From contig NIVC01000907.1 in the NCBI GenBank assembly GCA_002269645.1, forward strand, positions 124,001-188,000: 64,000 nt of DNA, in the 5' to 3' direction. How positions within the stretch are numbered: the stretch's first letter is position 1; each line of letters opens with the position of its first letter. The notes below the pieces were generated by a model that ran no database searches, was not told the DNA's origin, and saw nothing but the letters and a program-made list of their open reading frames with translations. The stretch comes from Macrostomum lignano. Taxonomy: Eukaryota. This document shows, one piece after another, positions 22,796 to 35,211 of this stretch. The position numbers and the translations under genes are program-made.

Positions 22796-25489
22796 TTAGG
22801 CGCGACAATTCTTCTTGTGCTTTTTCCAGTGGTTTACTTGGCAGTCGCGACCACAATAGTAAGAGATTTTGCACTTGCTGCAGCGCTGCAGGGCATCAAG
22901 TTTTCCGCAGTTCGCGCATCGGCAGTTGCTCGACTTGGCCGAAGAAGCCGAACTCGAGAGCAGCGGATCTTGCAAAATGATTTTCATCAACTTCTTTGGA
23001 GGAAAGTCGTCGAGTGACTCGAAAACCGGCAGTCTTATTTCAGGACTCTCGGCACGGAGACCCTTTTCAAAATACTCTCGGGCTTTTTCAATGTCCGTGA
23101 TGGAATAGCTCTCGGCTAGGCTGTAAAAAGCCTTTGGGACATTGTGACTGTCTGGCTCACTGGACGAAATGTACTCCTCGTAAGCTTTGATCACAGCTTT
23201 GCGATCAACTCCATCTTGTAAACGTAGAGAGGACGCTTTACTGTACAGCCAGTCCGGCTCCCATTCAAGCTCGAGAGCTCGTTCAATCGATCGATGAGAT
23301 GCAATATAATCGCCATTAAATGCATGCAAATGGCCAACTAGGTTGTGGTAATCGGCGACATCAGGATTCAGATGAGTGCACATCAATGCCATGCGAAGCA
23401 GCTCTGCAAGGCTGCAAAGTTTCAAAGCCATGTTGTAATGTACTATAACGTACAGCGAATCTGCGTCTCTCGGGTTTCGCTCGAAGGCTTGCGTTGCAGC
23501 AGAAAATAGACGCCTTAATTTCTCCAAGTCGACTGGAAGCGGGTGCCAGACTCTATCAGCCTGCCGATACAGACGAAACGCGTCTGATATGCGATTAATC
23601 TCTAGCGCCAAATCTGCCTGGTCGAGTAGATTCAAACAAACGAAAAATTTCTGCGCCGTTTTAGATCCTTGAGCAACTCGCTTTGCCATCATTGGCATTA
23701 CGGCGGACAGGTTAAAATCCGAGTAAAGACGCGCGGGGTGAGGCGGGTTCTCATGACTATTCTTGAAAATACTGAGCAAGTCTTTAACACCCTGTTTTTC
23801 CTCGCTTGACACCAGAGATTCGGCATATCGTTCGATTCGCTCAAAGTATGTTAGCCCGCTTTTGGAGAGCTTCTCAGCAGCTTCGAACTCGATAACTGCA
23901 GTGGAATACTTGATAAGTTCGTCAAGATCAGACTGAGGCTGCTTTGAACGAAGCAGCCATCGACGAGCTTGCGACACATCGCGTTCGCAACCGTGACCAA
24001 GAGCCAATATGTGACCATAAGTCCGCTGAGCATCTTCGTTTTCACTGTCTGCGGCTTTTCGAATATAAATTGCGGCGTCTTCATTACGTCGCTGCTGCAG
24101 AAGAAGCCTTCCAAGCTGAAATGTTGCTTCCTTGTGATTTAAAGCAGAAGCCTTCCTTAGGTGCTTCTCCGCCTCCATCAGGTCTTTAGTGAAGCCGCCT
24201 TCTCCCATAAGGTAGTTCATTCCGATTACAAACAGGGCTTGCTTTTCGTTTGAGTCAGCCATTTGCCGAACGACCTTGGTTGAAGCATTCATTGATTCGG
24301 CACCAAAAGCCCCAGAACGCTGCAGGTGCTGCAATGCCAGGAGAGCGCCTGGAAGGCCCTGATCAGCAGCAGTTTTAAGCAGCTGTGCCGCCTTGAATGC
24401 GTCTTGTGGTCCTCCCTCTCCCTTTACGAGCATTCCCGCCAAATTAAAAAGAGCTTCCGACTGACCGAGGTCTGCAGACTTCTGGTACCATGAGCGGGCA
24501 GATTTTAGGTTCATTTCGCAGCCCATGCCATTGTAAAGTGCCAGACCTAGATTGTTCATTCCTGATGGACAGCCATGCTCTGCAGCTTTCAAAAACCAAT
24601 TGAAAGCAAGCTTGTCGTTCTGGTCAACGGCTAGACCATCTCTATAGGCCATTGCTACAGCGTTCTCTGCTTCTGCAACGCCAATGTTGCGTAAAACAGT
24701 ACCGATTGTTTTCACTTTCAAGTAGGGCTTCTGTTCCGCAGCTTTGCGGCACAAATCGAGATACTTCTTCGGGTTGACGGCCAGTCCGGCCATTCCGTCT
24801 TTGTACATTAAAGCCATATTGTACAGACCCTCCGCACTTCCACGCTTGGCAGCGGATTCAAAGATTTTAAGAGCTTTCTGCTCGCCGCGCACGGTACCTC
24901 TGCCTGACAGCAAAATTCGGTGAGCTTTCTTGATTTCTGAAGCAGTCTGCCAATTGGTACTGTCCATCGTTCCTACGTCGTCCGGTGAAACGGGCCCTTG
25001 TTTCATCACGTGATCGGCAAGACTTTTCGAAGCATCTTTGGTTTTCAATTGATCAAAGCCCCCAGCAAAAGGGTGCTCTTTAATTTCGCGGTCTATGATA
25101 AGGGCCATGCAATCTCGCGCTCTAACATTTAGAGTTTCATCTCTAGAATCGATCTTCAGTCCATTTCTACACGCATCAACAGCCTCTTTGAACAACTTAA
25201 GGTTGAATAAGGCTTCAGACAGAGTTCGGTAGAACTTCACCTGATTCGGATCGATTGCAATGGCGTCCTCAGCGTCTTGACGTGCAAGATCGAATTTGGC
25301 CAATTGTATTTGACAGAGGGCACGATTTGAGTACAAGGCGGCGACTTTTGAGTTGATGCCAATTGCTTGGGAGTAGCAGTCAGCTGCCTCTGACCACTTC
25401 ATGTTTTTGTAATGTTCATTTCCTTCAGCTTTAAGCTTCTCCCAATCTTTACTTGAATCACCAGCAACAGCAGTGCCAGAAAGTGGCAT
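22796..25489 (-). CDS. TPR-SEL1 repeats-TPR-zf-MYND protein, about 897 aa, single coding exon; paralog of 12044-15132 without the HEPN domain
   Basis: Uninterrupted ORF collinear with the paralog from DWEKLKAEGNEHYK onward; in-frame MYND CANCGK...CSKCKISYYCGRDCQVNHWKKHKKNC. Acceptor TTTTTCAG at 25498 precedes ATG 25489 (MPLSG), implying a 5' UTR intron. Confidence 0.92.
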   Translation of the reverse strand: MPLSGTAVAGDSSKDWEKLKAEGNEHYKNMKWSEAADCYSQAIGINSKVAALYSNRALCQIQLAKFDLARQDAEDAIAIDPNQVKFYRTLSEALFNLKLFKEAVDACRNGLKIDSRDETLNVRARDCMALIIDREIKEHPFAGGFDQLKTKDASKSLADHVMKQGPVSPDDVGTMDSTNWQTASEIKKAHRILLSGRGTVRGEQKALKIFESAAKRGSAEGLYNMALMYKDGMAGLAVNPKKYLDLCRKAAEQKPYLKVKTIGTVLRNIGVAEAENAVAMAYRDGLAVDQNDKLAFNWFLKAAEHGCPSGMNNLGLALYNGMGCEMNLKSARSWYQKSADLGQSEALFNLAGMLVKGEGGPQDAFKAAQLLKTAADQGLPGALLALQHLQRSGAFGAESMNASTKVVRQMADSNEKQALFVIGMNYLMGEGGFTKDLMEAEKHLRKASALNHKEATFQLGRLLLQQRRNEDAAIYIRKAADSENEDAQRTYGHILALGHGCERDVSQARRWLLRSKQPQSDLDELIKYSTAVIEFEAAEKLSKSGLTYFERIERYAESLVSSEEKQGVKDLLSIFKNSHENPPHPARLYSDFNLSAVMPMMAKRVAQGSKTAQKFFVCLNLLDQADLALEINRISDAFRLYRQADRVWHPLPVDLEKLRRLFSAATQAFERNPRDADSLYVIVHYNMALKLCSLAELLRMALMCTHLNPDVADYHNLVGHLHAFNGDYIASHRSIERALELEWEPDWLYSKASSLRLQDGVDRKAVIKAYEEYISSSEPDSHNVPKAFYSLAESYSITDIEKAREYFEKGLRAESPEIRLPVFESLDDFPPKKLMKIILQDPLLSSSASSAKSSNCRCANCGKLDALQRCSKCKISYYCGRDCQVNHWKKHKKNCRA

Positions 25490-27856
25490 GATCCAGACTG
25501 AAAAATAGCAAAAATGGTAAAAAGTTTTCATTTATAATCGAAGTCCAACTATTTGAATTATGAAGTTGATTTTCATGGATAGAGACATAGAAATTACGAG
25601 TACAGATAAGCATGGCACTTAAAAGCACAATAGCCTGGACACAGGCCAAATAGTAAATGACTGCATTTTTAGGTGGTCATAATGCACTTGTGTTGCTGTG
25701 CTTTTGAGAAATATTTTGCACTAAACCAAGAAACCATGATATAGAGTTAGGGGATAAGCTTTAGGAAATAGTTTTATGAAGAGAAAGAGACTTCAAAATG
25801 CTTACTAACTCTTTTACCAGTGGTAGATGATGTATTTTAAATAAATAGCTAAAATCCAAGGGCCAATCTTTGCAAAAGGCAGATAGGAGCAAAATGTTTA
25901 TGGAAAAAGGGAAGTGATTCATATTATAAGAAAGATATATTGATTCTGCTGTTGCCTTTGGTAGTTTGTATAATGCCCAATAGGAGCTATTCCTTTACCA
26001 TGGCAAAGGAATAATAAGTTATAATTATATAGCTCATACTAATAAATACAAAAAATAATCAAGACAGATAATCAGATTTGAACTAGCAATGAAAATATTT
26101 AGTGTTGTTTATTTTATTTCCAAATCATGGTTTCCAAATATATTCTCCTAGAAGCACTCTATATGAACATATAATTGCTCTTTGAATCGAGTTGAAAATA
26201 GCATATAACTAGCAATCAGCAACCCCAATTGGAGAGGCAACAGAGAGTGAAATAATTTTTTAATAAACTATATGTGTAGCTTCTGACCTTATATAGTCAC
26301 TATTGCTAGTATCATAAGGAAAATGATGTTTAAAGCAAAAAAGCATTAGCACTGAAGGCCAACTATCTAGCCTAAGATATCAGAATCTCCTTTGAGCTTC
26401 CTTTTAAACCATGACTTAACCCTAATTCTCCATTTAATCTACCTTTAACTTGACCTATCAACAACTTCCAATTGATGTTTGGCATCTCAGTGACCCCCTC
26501 TATGAGCCAAAGCATTTTAGCAATCCCTTTATGACTATTGGCATCTATTTCACCTATGAGCCTTGATATTAAAGAATTTTCAAAATGAACTTTGACATTT
26601 AGCAATTCAGCAGTACCCTTTAAGCTTATAAATATTAGCAGTTCTCCTTTATAAGCCTTAATATCTTAGTAATTCCCCATTAGACTTAAAATTTTAGCAA
26701 TTCCCACCTTGATATCTTAGCAATTCCACTTGTCAAGCTTGATATTTCAGCAATTCCCCTTGTTAGTCTTGACATCTTAGCAATTTAGCAACTCCCCTAA
26801 TCATACTTAGCATTTTAGTAATTTCCTTTATATTAGTCTTAAGTCTTGATATACAAAATAATTCTCCTATTTGCCTTGATATCTTAGAAAATTTCTCCCA
26901 TAAGCCCTAATTTCTTAGCAATTCACTATTTAACATTTTTGATGATATTTCTTTTATATGTAATAGGCTTCATCTTTATTTCTTAAAAAAAAGCAGTTTT
27001 AAAATTCTACCAAATTTTTATACTGTATAAATATTAGAAATATTTTCTACTCATATATATTTTTGTATAAATTTGTTCTGAACAATAAGGTCAATTCAAG
27101 AATAAAACTATAAATAGGAACAAGCTGCAAGCCAAATTAAATAAAACCTCAAAGCATATTTCATATCTTTCTCAATTAACTTGTTTTGTTTGAGTTTTAA
27201 TATTATCAAGAATAAAATTAATCAAGACTGATAACCAGATTTGAACTAACAATGAAAATGTTTAAACTAAAGTGCATTATAATTTTTTTATTTTGAAAAT
27301 ATGATTCTTTCCAACTATATTTTGGAGAAAAAATTGATAACCAACTTTAAGGCAATTGCCTATTTTTATGATCTAATTGTTTTAGCAATAGAGTAATAAA
27401 TAGAATATAGATATTAGCGTATGAATAACCCCAAAGATTGGGAAAATAAACCATTCAAAATGAGACCCCCTATAGGAAAAAGTTGTAAAACTGTGGACGA
27501 TGTTCAGTGCAACTACTATTCAACTTATTATCCATCAATTTTGGAGGTAGGGTAGGTGTCAACCTTCATCGCCTCTCATTGGCTGGCACCCCAATCACTA
27601 GGTGATCAATACGCATCTATATAGCACTTGGTGCGCATGTACTGCAGGCGCGTGGCACCAAGCGCCATCTAGCCACAGGCACACCCTCCCAAGCCACAGG
27701 CACCCCAAGCCGAAGGTATACTCTCCCAACATAAGTGTATACTTTCCCAATATCTAGTCAACAATACATACTCAACAGGCACCCTCTATCTCACGCCCTG
27801 CCCTCACCTAGCCTCTCCCCCCTCTCTCACCCACATCTCAACTAGCGAAATCAAAC

Positions 27857-28028
27857 CCAGCCTCCGCATCACACACATACACACACACACACATACAGAC
27901 ATATATCCAATATTCACAGCAGGAGCTCCCTGCCGATGGCGCCATCGCCTATGGCAAGCAGCATTGCAGGATGTGCTGGGTGGCAAATGTGTGTGTATGT
28001 GTGTGTGTGTATGTGATGCGGAAGCTGG
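27857..28028. repeat. Inverted repeat with (CA)n/(TG)n-rich arms of about 45 bp around a central palindrome CGATGGCGCCATCG; probable small MITE
   Basis: Left arm CCAGCCTCCGCATCACACACATAC... is the reverse complement of the right arm ...GTATGTGATGCGGAAGCTGG. Confidence 0.65.
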
Positions 28029-29019
28029 ACTCGAAGCCAGCTTCTGCATACTTACGTACCTACTTTGTGTACTTACATCAATATTTATGTACATTTGCAT
28101 ACATGTGGTCCTATATACCAGAAATTGTGTACATTTATTTGTACAATTATGTCTATACGCTACATTGCATGTAGTTCATTGACCTGCGTTTGTAAATACA
28201 GTTTAGCCTGTGCACCGCATTCACGCCTACTTTTGTGCTAAGATACCTGCTTTTCATTAAATGCACTACACCAAAAGCAAATTTTGTTGATACATACTGT
28301 GCTTTTGTATAGGGGCTAGTGTGCTTTTTAATACACATGTCTTTAGTGTAATTCAGTGTGCTTCAACTTGGCTCGCAAATCTTGCACTATGGCTCTCTAG
28401 GGGAAAGTACTCTGTTACTTGTGTTGGTTGCGGGTGATTGTAAGGCTTTCTGCTTGACTTCTTTAGTTTACTTGATATTGATAGCTAAAAAAGGAGTAGG
28501 AGCTGACGCACCTACCTTGGGGGAGGAATGCAGCCCCGCGGTCCTGGGCAGTGCTTTCTATTATCTCTCTCTATCCACACTGTACTTGGTCTCCACTAGG
28601 GATCTCCCCTTAGGGTTAAGAGTGGGTGGGCCCTTTGTACTCAACCCTGGGTTAAAAACTCACATTTGGTGGTTCTAGGAAGGAAGTTACAGTGGAGTTC
28701 AACAAATGTCTGATAAGATACTTGTCTCAAAATAATAAAAACCTTAATAAGTGCTGGATGCCTTTACTAGTTGACCTCTACAATTGTGCATTAATTAATT
28801 CTGTCAATATTTTCCCCTACATTATCCCGTTGGAAAAGTTATGCACCTGCAGAGGCATAAAAGGTAAACAAGGTGTACAAAAGAGGCACTTTGGTGGCCT
28901 ATTTTGTGTGTGTTTTGGAAATGCACCTAAGTGCACCTTTTATGCCTAAATGTCACCAATATTTTTGAAAAGAGGCATGAAAAGTGTAAAATTGGTGAAG
29001 TGGTCATTATTATTTTTTG

Positions 29020-30734
29020 TTGTGACGGTTGTAGCGTGACGGTTGTAGCCTTCAATTTACCCACTCTAACCAACTCGGAAAGATTGAAAACTGCATGTAA
29101 CACAAACAAAAAAAGACTACTAAAGGTCATTATTCAAATTGTACACCAATGTTACGTATTTCAACAGTAATTATAAGTGACTAAAATCATTATTATGGGG
29201 GTCATCGTTGGAGCTTCCGATGGAAGGCTGCTGGACAATGACCCCAGTTGGCTATCCCATCAAGCGACCCCTGGCATCCATCTGGTAAATGGCGCTAATC
29301 CAACATTAAAACATGTGTGCAATTTAACTATAAAATGAGTTAGAAAATGCATTTGAATTAGAAAATGGTAAATGCTGCATGATGTCTGACAGTGCATAAT
29401 AAATGCAGTCCTGCTTCTTTGGCCAGTGGTAGGTGTTTGGCCCGCACTCAGCCATGACACTGACCTTGGCCTCTGGCTCGCCATTCTTTGTGCAGACTTT
29501 CACTACCTGGCCAGCGTACAGCTTCCCGTCGTAAGTGACAGCCACCCATTGGCCTTTGGCTAGCTGGCTGGCACTGCTGGCGTCTTCCATCACACCAGTG
29601 ACACCACCAGAAGGCTGGTCACCATCAGGCCAGACAAGCTGCACAATAGACACGCCAATGGTAGACAGGGTGGCAGAGCAGTCCACTCCGTCAGGCTTGG
29701 CTGCCCAATAGTGTAGGCGCATGATGCCGACAGTCTGGTAAAAAAGGGGTTGGTTTATGGAATTCAAAATGTACGCTTGAACATATTTTTTTCTCTAAAG
29801 CCTGTTGTTGCTTAATTACTTTAAGTAAACTGTGTTGTTTTTAAAAGTATTTTTGCCTTCTGTCTTAACTTTTTTACTTACACTTCTGAAACCGAATGCA
29901 TGCCTGGCGGTTCTGATCCCTCACCTGCGTTGGTGATTGCAAAGCTCGGCGCCGCTCACTCCTCAGCCGCTCTTTTTCTCGAAGGACAGCTGCATGTCTT
30001 ATGCGATAGTCCTTGCTACGCTGTGAGGAAGGCTTCATTGTGAATTGCTGCAAAACTGAATATATGGTACATTGAAAGTTTAATAATGCCTTTAACTTGA
30101 TTTCAATTTGTAAAAGAAGATGATATGAAAGTATACCAGATGGTATACCATAGAGTGTCATTAGATACAAAATTCCTGTGACGGTCGTAGCTAACTTTGC
30201 AGACTTTTTTCTACTAGCCCTTAAGACTTATGTGAACCAAATTTTACCAAATAAAAGTACACATGAAAGACCAGTTTTTAGTGCATTTTTACAATAGTAG
30301 GTCTTACAGGAAAGCCAAGAAAAAACTTTTCAGATTTTTTGTGACGGTCGTAGTTGTACTACAGTTTTTAAACTTTGAAGTCCAATATTCATTGTCTTAT
30401 GAACTTTACATTAAAAAGAAAGATTGCAATAAGCTGCAAAAGACACACTTAACGTATAGAAAAAAAAGTATGGCTCAATGAAATACCAAACAGCCAGGGA
30501 ATGAAATTATATTTGTTATAAGAAAAGCATTAGGCCTATATTTAGGTCCGGGTGAAGGGTATGCACATTGGGAGCAAAAAATCAAATGAAAAAAGATAGC
30601 AGATTAAAAAAAAATAAAAAGGACAAAAATATACATGTTTAACTATATTATAAACATAAAGTTGTCATTATTCAACAATTTTTTAATTTTTGTCCTAGTG
30701 CCCTACTAGTGGTGACCCATTCGTGGAATTGCCC
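29020..30734 (-). mobile_element. Internally deleted DNA-transposon relic, possibly Sola2-like
   Basis: Basic N-terminal fragment (MKPSSQRSKDYRIRH...EKERLR, ATG 30038) and a C-terminal Tudor-like fragment (GQWVAVTYDGKLYAGQV...YHWPKKQD...SDI), with no DDE core between them. Motif GTGACGGTYGTAG at 29022, 29036, 30178, 30341; candidate terminus GGGCAATTCCAC at 30734. The other end was not found and the superfamily call is from recall. Confidence 0.5.
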
Positions 30735-32872
30735 TAGAAATGAATATAGAGTCTTTTTGATACAATTTTTATCAGAATCAAAGTTTAGTCAAAAAGTTTT
30801 CTGAAATTTTTTAGTTATACCATATCAGAAATTTTTCTGATTTAAAGATCTGCAAGCTTCAATTAAACCTAATAATCCATTTAAAAGAATAAATTATTAG
30901 ATAGATACCTACTAACCTACCTAGATAGATAGATAAAGACAAACCATTTGTAGTATAATGGATTATAATTGCTTTTTTAATGAGTTAAATATAACATAAT
31001 AATTTGTATTAGGCCTAAGCATAGTTTTTTTAGAAATAATTTCTATAGCAAAAATTATAAAAATAGATATATCTTTAATGACTTTATCTTGCAAACTGAA
31101 ACCATGCAAATGTGGTATCAAACATTTCCAGCGACATTACAAGTTCAAATTGCAGCTCTGGGATATCCTGAGGAAGGCCAGCTTTCTGTTAGTACTTAAA
31201 CTAGGCCCTAGTCTGCCTCTCCTCTCCATGTGGGACTTTTTAAAATGCTATATAACGGATGACGAATAAGTTGACTAATTTAAGCAAAGATTGTTCTGAG
31301 CAGTTTGCAAGTCGCTATTATGATGTAGCTCGATATAACAAAATGAATGAATCGAGAAGTGCAGATTATGCCTGTAAAGTTTTTTGGCGTAATAATTTTA
31401 TTTACCTAAAAATACTTTATACATAACAATTACAAAAAGCTAGACATCTAGACAAATAGCTAGACAACTGGACAGTAAGCTGGAAATTCGGACGAAAGCT
31501 AGGCGAATTAGCCCCCGATCGTGGGTTCGCCCAAACCTATGCTTACAAGTATTTCTGAAATAAAAAATTAAAAGAATTGGAAAACTAAGGGTAGTCATAG
31601 GGAGGGTTGGTCTGGATAAGAAATAAGAATTCGTCAGGTTCATAAATTTTCATGCATGACACACTATATGTACAACAAATGTTCGAATATGGTGCAGATA
31701 TTCAGGTAACCAAGGTAAACTAATATTTTCGGGTTATTTTCGCATTTCAGATATTTAACTAATAAATGAACTGTGTTGAAATCAAACCTACCCAAAATTC
31801 ATATATCTCCACATCGACGCTACGTAAAACATGATCGATGAACTTCTCTTTTTGTCTGCACTTGCATCAACTGCAACCCCCATTTTAAACTTCGAATAGG
31901 TTTTGAGCTACTTACCAGTGTTATAGAGAACACAATCAATAGTGCAAATAGTATATAGATCGCGGTTTTTTTAGGATGTGAAGTAAAGATGCGAAACCTT
32001 AGAAGCTAATTTTAGAGTGCTATTCGATGGGCAGTCATCATAAAGTACTGCCTATAGCTTGCTCGGCACATGTACATGTATACTTAACATACTATTACTA
32101 TATATATATAGCGAACAAATTTGTCCACACACACAGACACACAGAGTTTTGATTTTTATATGTAGAGATATATACTATATTACTGAAGATTGAAAAAACA
32201 ACACTTGCTAGTTAAAACTCTGATAGTAGGATAATTTACTTCATGCAATAGCCACTGTAAAATGTACACAGTACGCACATGTACATGTATATGGTACTAG
32301 CTACAATTTAATACACATGTGTATGTACATGTACACATACATGCGTGTGGTGATATAGCTACATTGTACACATGTTAAACATACATGTAACTGGGAATTT
32401 TATTTTTATTTAATATATCTGAGAGCTATAGGCCGGCCTCTGTCAATAAAAGCACTTTCACAAGTTGTTCATAAATTGAGACAGAAAAGCAGCTTATATA
32501 CATGCAGCTTAACTAAACCCGCATAGATTGGCATCGGCATGAGGAGTGGAATTGTCTGGAAAATGTCCCCCCCTCCCCCACAGAACAATGGGGCTCAATT
32601 GGGAACTATTTGCAGCTGTTGCATGCATGGGAAAGTTTCAGCAACCCGTTCTGACTAGTTTAGTCCTGTCTGACAGGTGTTAAAGCAGCAGGTACATCTA
32701 CATCAAATGCATGCTGGAATTCCAATCGCGCATAAGAAATTGGGTGAGAGACGCAAGGTTTGCGAAGAATATATTGACTTAAAAATTGGGAAGGCGCCTG
32801 GATGAAAATTTTCTGCTCCACTTCAACGGGAGAAACAAGTCCAACTTTTCATCAGCTAAAACTAGTTCTGAA

Positions 32873-34665
32873 ATGGCTTTGAAAGACGGCACGGATGAAA
32901 AGAAACCGGCATCGAAGTCGATTATCGATGTCATCTGCGCGTCGGCAGCAGAGACAAGCACCCACGGCCTGTCCCGCCTGGTCGGCAACCGGCCAGTCTA
33001 CGTGAAGCTCACCTGGCTAGTGCTGTTCCTGGCCATGGCTACCATCTTCAGCTTGCAGGCTCGCGGCTTCATCTTAAAGCTGCTGCAGCTGCCTGAGACC
33101 ACAACTATACAGGAGGACTCCATCGGCATGGTGTTTCCAGACTTGTACATCTGCCCACAGCCAATTATATCTGGGAGCTACGGAAACTTCATAGACAATG
33201 CCACCGCTCTGCTGGTGAACAGCTATATCGACGGGATTGCCAGGACTTTCAATTTTACCCCGAAAAACGACGGAGATGCGGAAACTTTCATTCGCATACT
33301 GTTGAGCACCATGCCATACAAACTGCTCAGCGATACGTTCGGACACCAGGCTCAGCAGACTCTGTACAATGACATCTTCTCAGATGAAGTTGAGCAGGAG
33401 GTTTCCATTAACAAGACAGGTTCGTTGATCAGGTTCCACAGCCCGGCCCTTCTGAATTGCATTTTCATCAACCTAACGAAAGAGCGTCGCAATTTCATGA
33501 AAGACTCATGGAATTTCTTCACCCTCTACCTGTTCTATGACTCGGCTATTAACGGGACCTACCCTACAAATGAGCTGCTGAAATCCGTGCCATACGCGAA
33601 CATATCGGGCGGTGTGAAGTTCCCAATCTGGGACATTCAGAGCGGCATGGCTTACAGAAGCGGCGCCTCAATGCGGTTAAGCTTAGTGGCGCCGGGTCAC
33701 TATCCCACTGACAACGCGGCTCATATTTACCTGGAGCCTGGCAGAGACTACCAAGTGCTAACAGACATGAGTTTGGAAATCATGAAAGACGGGATTCCCT
33801 GCACTGAAAAGCCGCCCAAAGTCTCTGTGATAGACCCGTACAGCATGCAGGCGGACCTCTACGAATACAACGACGACTTCTGTTGGATCGAGTTTAAGGA
33901 GCGCCTGCGCTTTCGGAATGCCTCCTGCATCGACAACGCTGCCCCTGGCTGGCGGAGTTCAGCAACCTTAGCCGCTGCTTTGACGCCTCAGAGTACCTTG
34001 GACGCGGTGCCTCCTCGGAAAAGCGAGCTGCCTTCCTTCAGACCAGTCGAGCAATGCGCGGTGGAAATTTCCCCTACGACCTCAACCACGTCCAGTCCGT
34101 GTGCAACCGGCGCAGGCCCTGCTCGAAGCTGATTTACAACGCCAGGGCCTACTCTAGCAAGTGGCCGACTTTCAATGGAATCCAGGATACGGTGCTTCAC
34201 CGGATCTTCCTCCGCATTGCTCAGGAGAAAATGCTCGCGATGCGCGATCTGCCGTTTCCAGCATACACCATTCTGGCCGCGATGTTCACCGCGATCGAAT
34301 CGAACGTCACAGCGGCCGGCAAGGCCATGCTGGAATCCTACGCCTCTCGGGTCATCACTAAGGTGACAATTCGCACCGGAAAGATCATGGGCCCTACTGT
34401 GATCATGTCTCGATCATACTCTTTCTTAGAATTTGTGTCCGACGTTGGCGGAATCCTGGGACTGTTCCTCGGCTGTTCACTGCTGACGCTGTTCGAACTG
34501 CTTGAGCTGCTGTACAACCTCATCGACATTGGACTTCGAGGCTCTTGCGCCGCCAGAACTGCTGATCAAAGGCAGGAGACATGGTCTACGACAACATCGG
34601 TTGGTAGTCTGGCTGCTGATAGCATCGGCCAGGACTGCAGCAGCTCTGCAGACAGCAAGGTGTAG
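32873..34665 (+). CDS. DEG/ENaC/ASIC-family amiloride-sensitive channel subunit, single coding exon, about 597 aa after a 1-nt repair near 33935
   Basis: Pre-TM1 TSTHGLSR (HG motif), TM1, FPDLYICP, Cys-containing thumb region, TM2 FVSDVGGILGLFLGCSLLTLFELLE with a GCS filter; the two ORF halves overlap in adjacent frames. Confidence 0.9.
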
Positions 34666-35211
34666 AGCCCCGAGTAGGGAACCCAGAGCCGGAAATCAGA
34701 AATTTTATTGACTGAACTAATTCTGATTGCTTATTGCACTTTATTTCAGTTTACTGTGCAATTCCACGCAAAATTTGTCGCACTATAGCTATAGAAACCA
34801 CAGAATACTACTTTTAGTAAGAGAAAGCAGATGTGAACTAACAAACCAAGATAAAAATTCTTCGAGGCAGGAGCTTTTAGTATGACTGGGTTTCTGTTGA
34901 TCGGCTTTGACTAACTGCTACAAAAATTTTGACATTTTTTGCAGAGTAACAAATGTATTTGCGTATAATATGTACAGGAAGCGAAATGGATCACATGACA
35001 ACAGCTAAAAAAGTGGGAAAGATTAGGTAATTATTCACTTACTGAGGACACAATGTGGGAATACGGAAACGAGAGCCTTTATAAATCAGTGTTATTAAAG
35101 TTTTAGCTCTACGTCATTAGTCAGTCCTTTACATACCATACTAATTATTTATTCTTTCTACGTGTATATTAGTGGCAGTTTGTGAAACAGATGCCCAGCT
35201 CAAGCGAGAAG

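Noticed and set aside
31560-32170. Helentron-associated (HINE-like) element
   Set aside because: Only the 3' end (CACACAGAGTTTTGATTTTTATATGTAGAGAT) is suggestive; no matching subterminal repeats were identified
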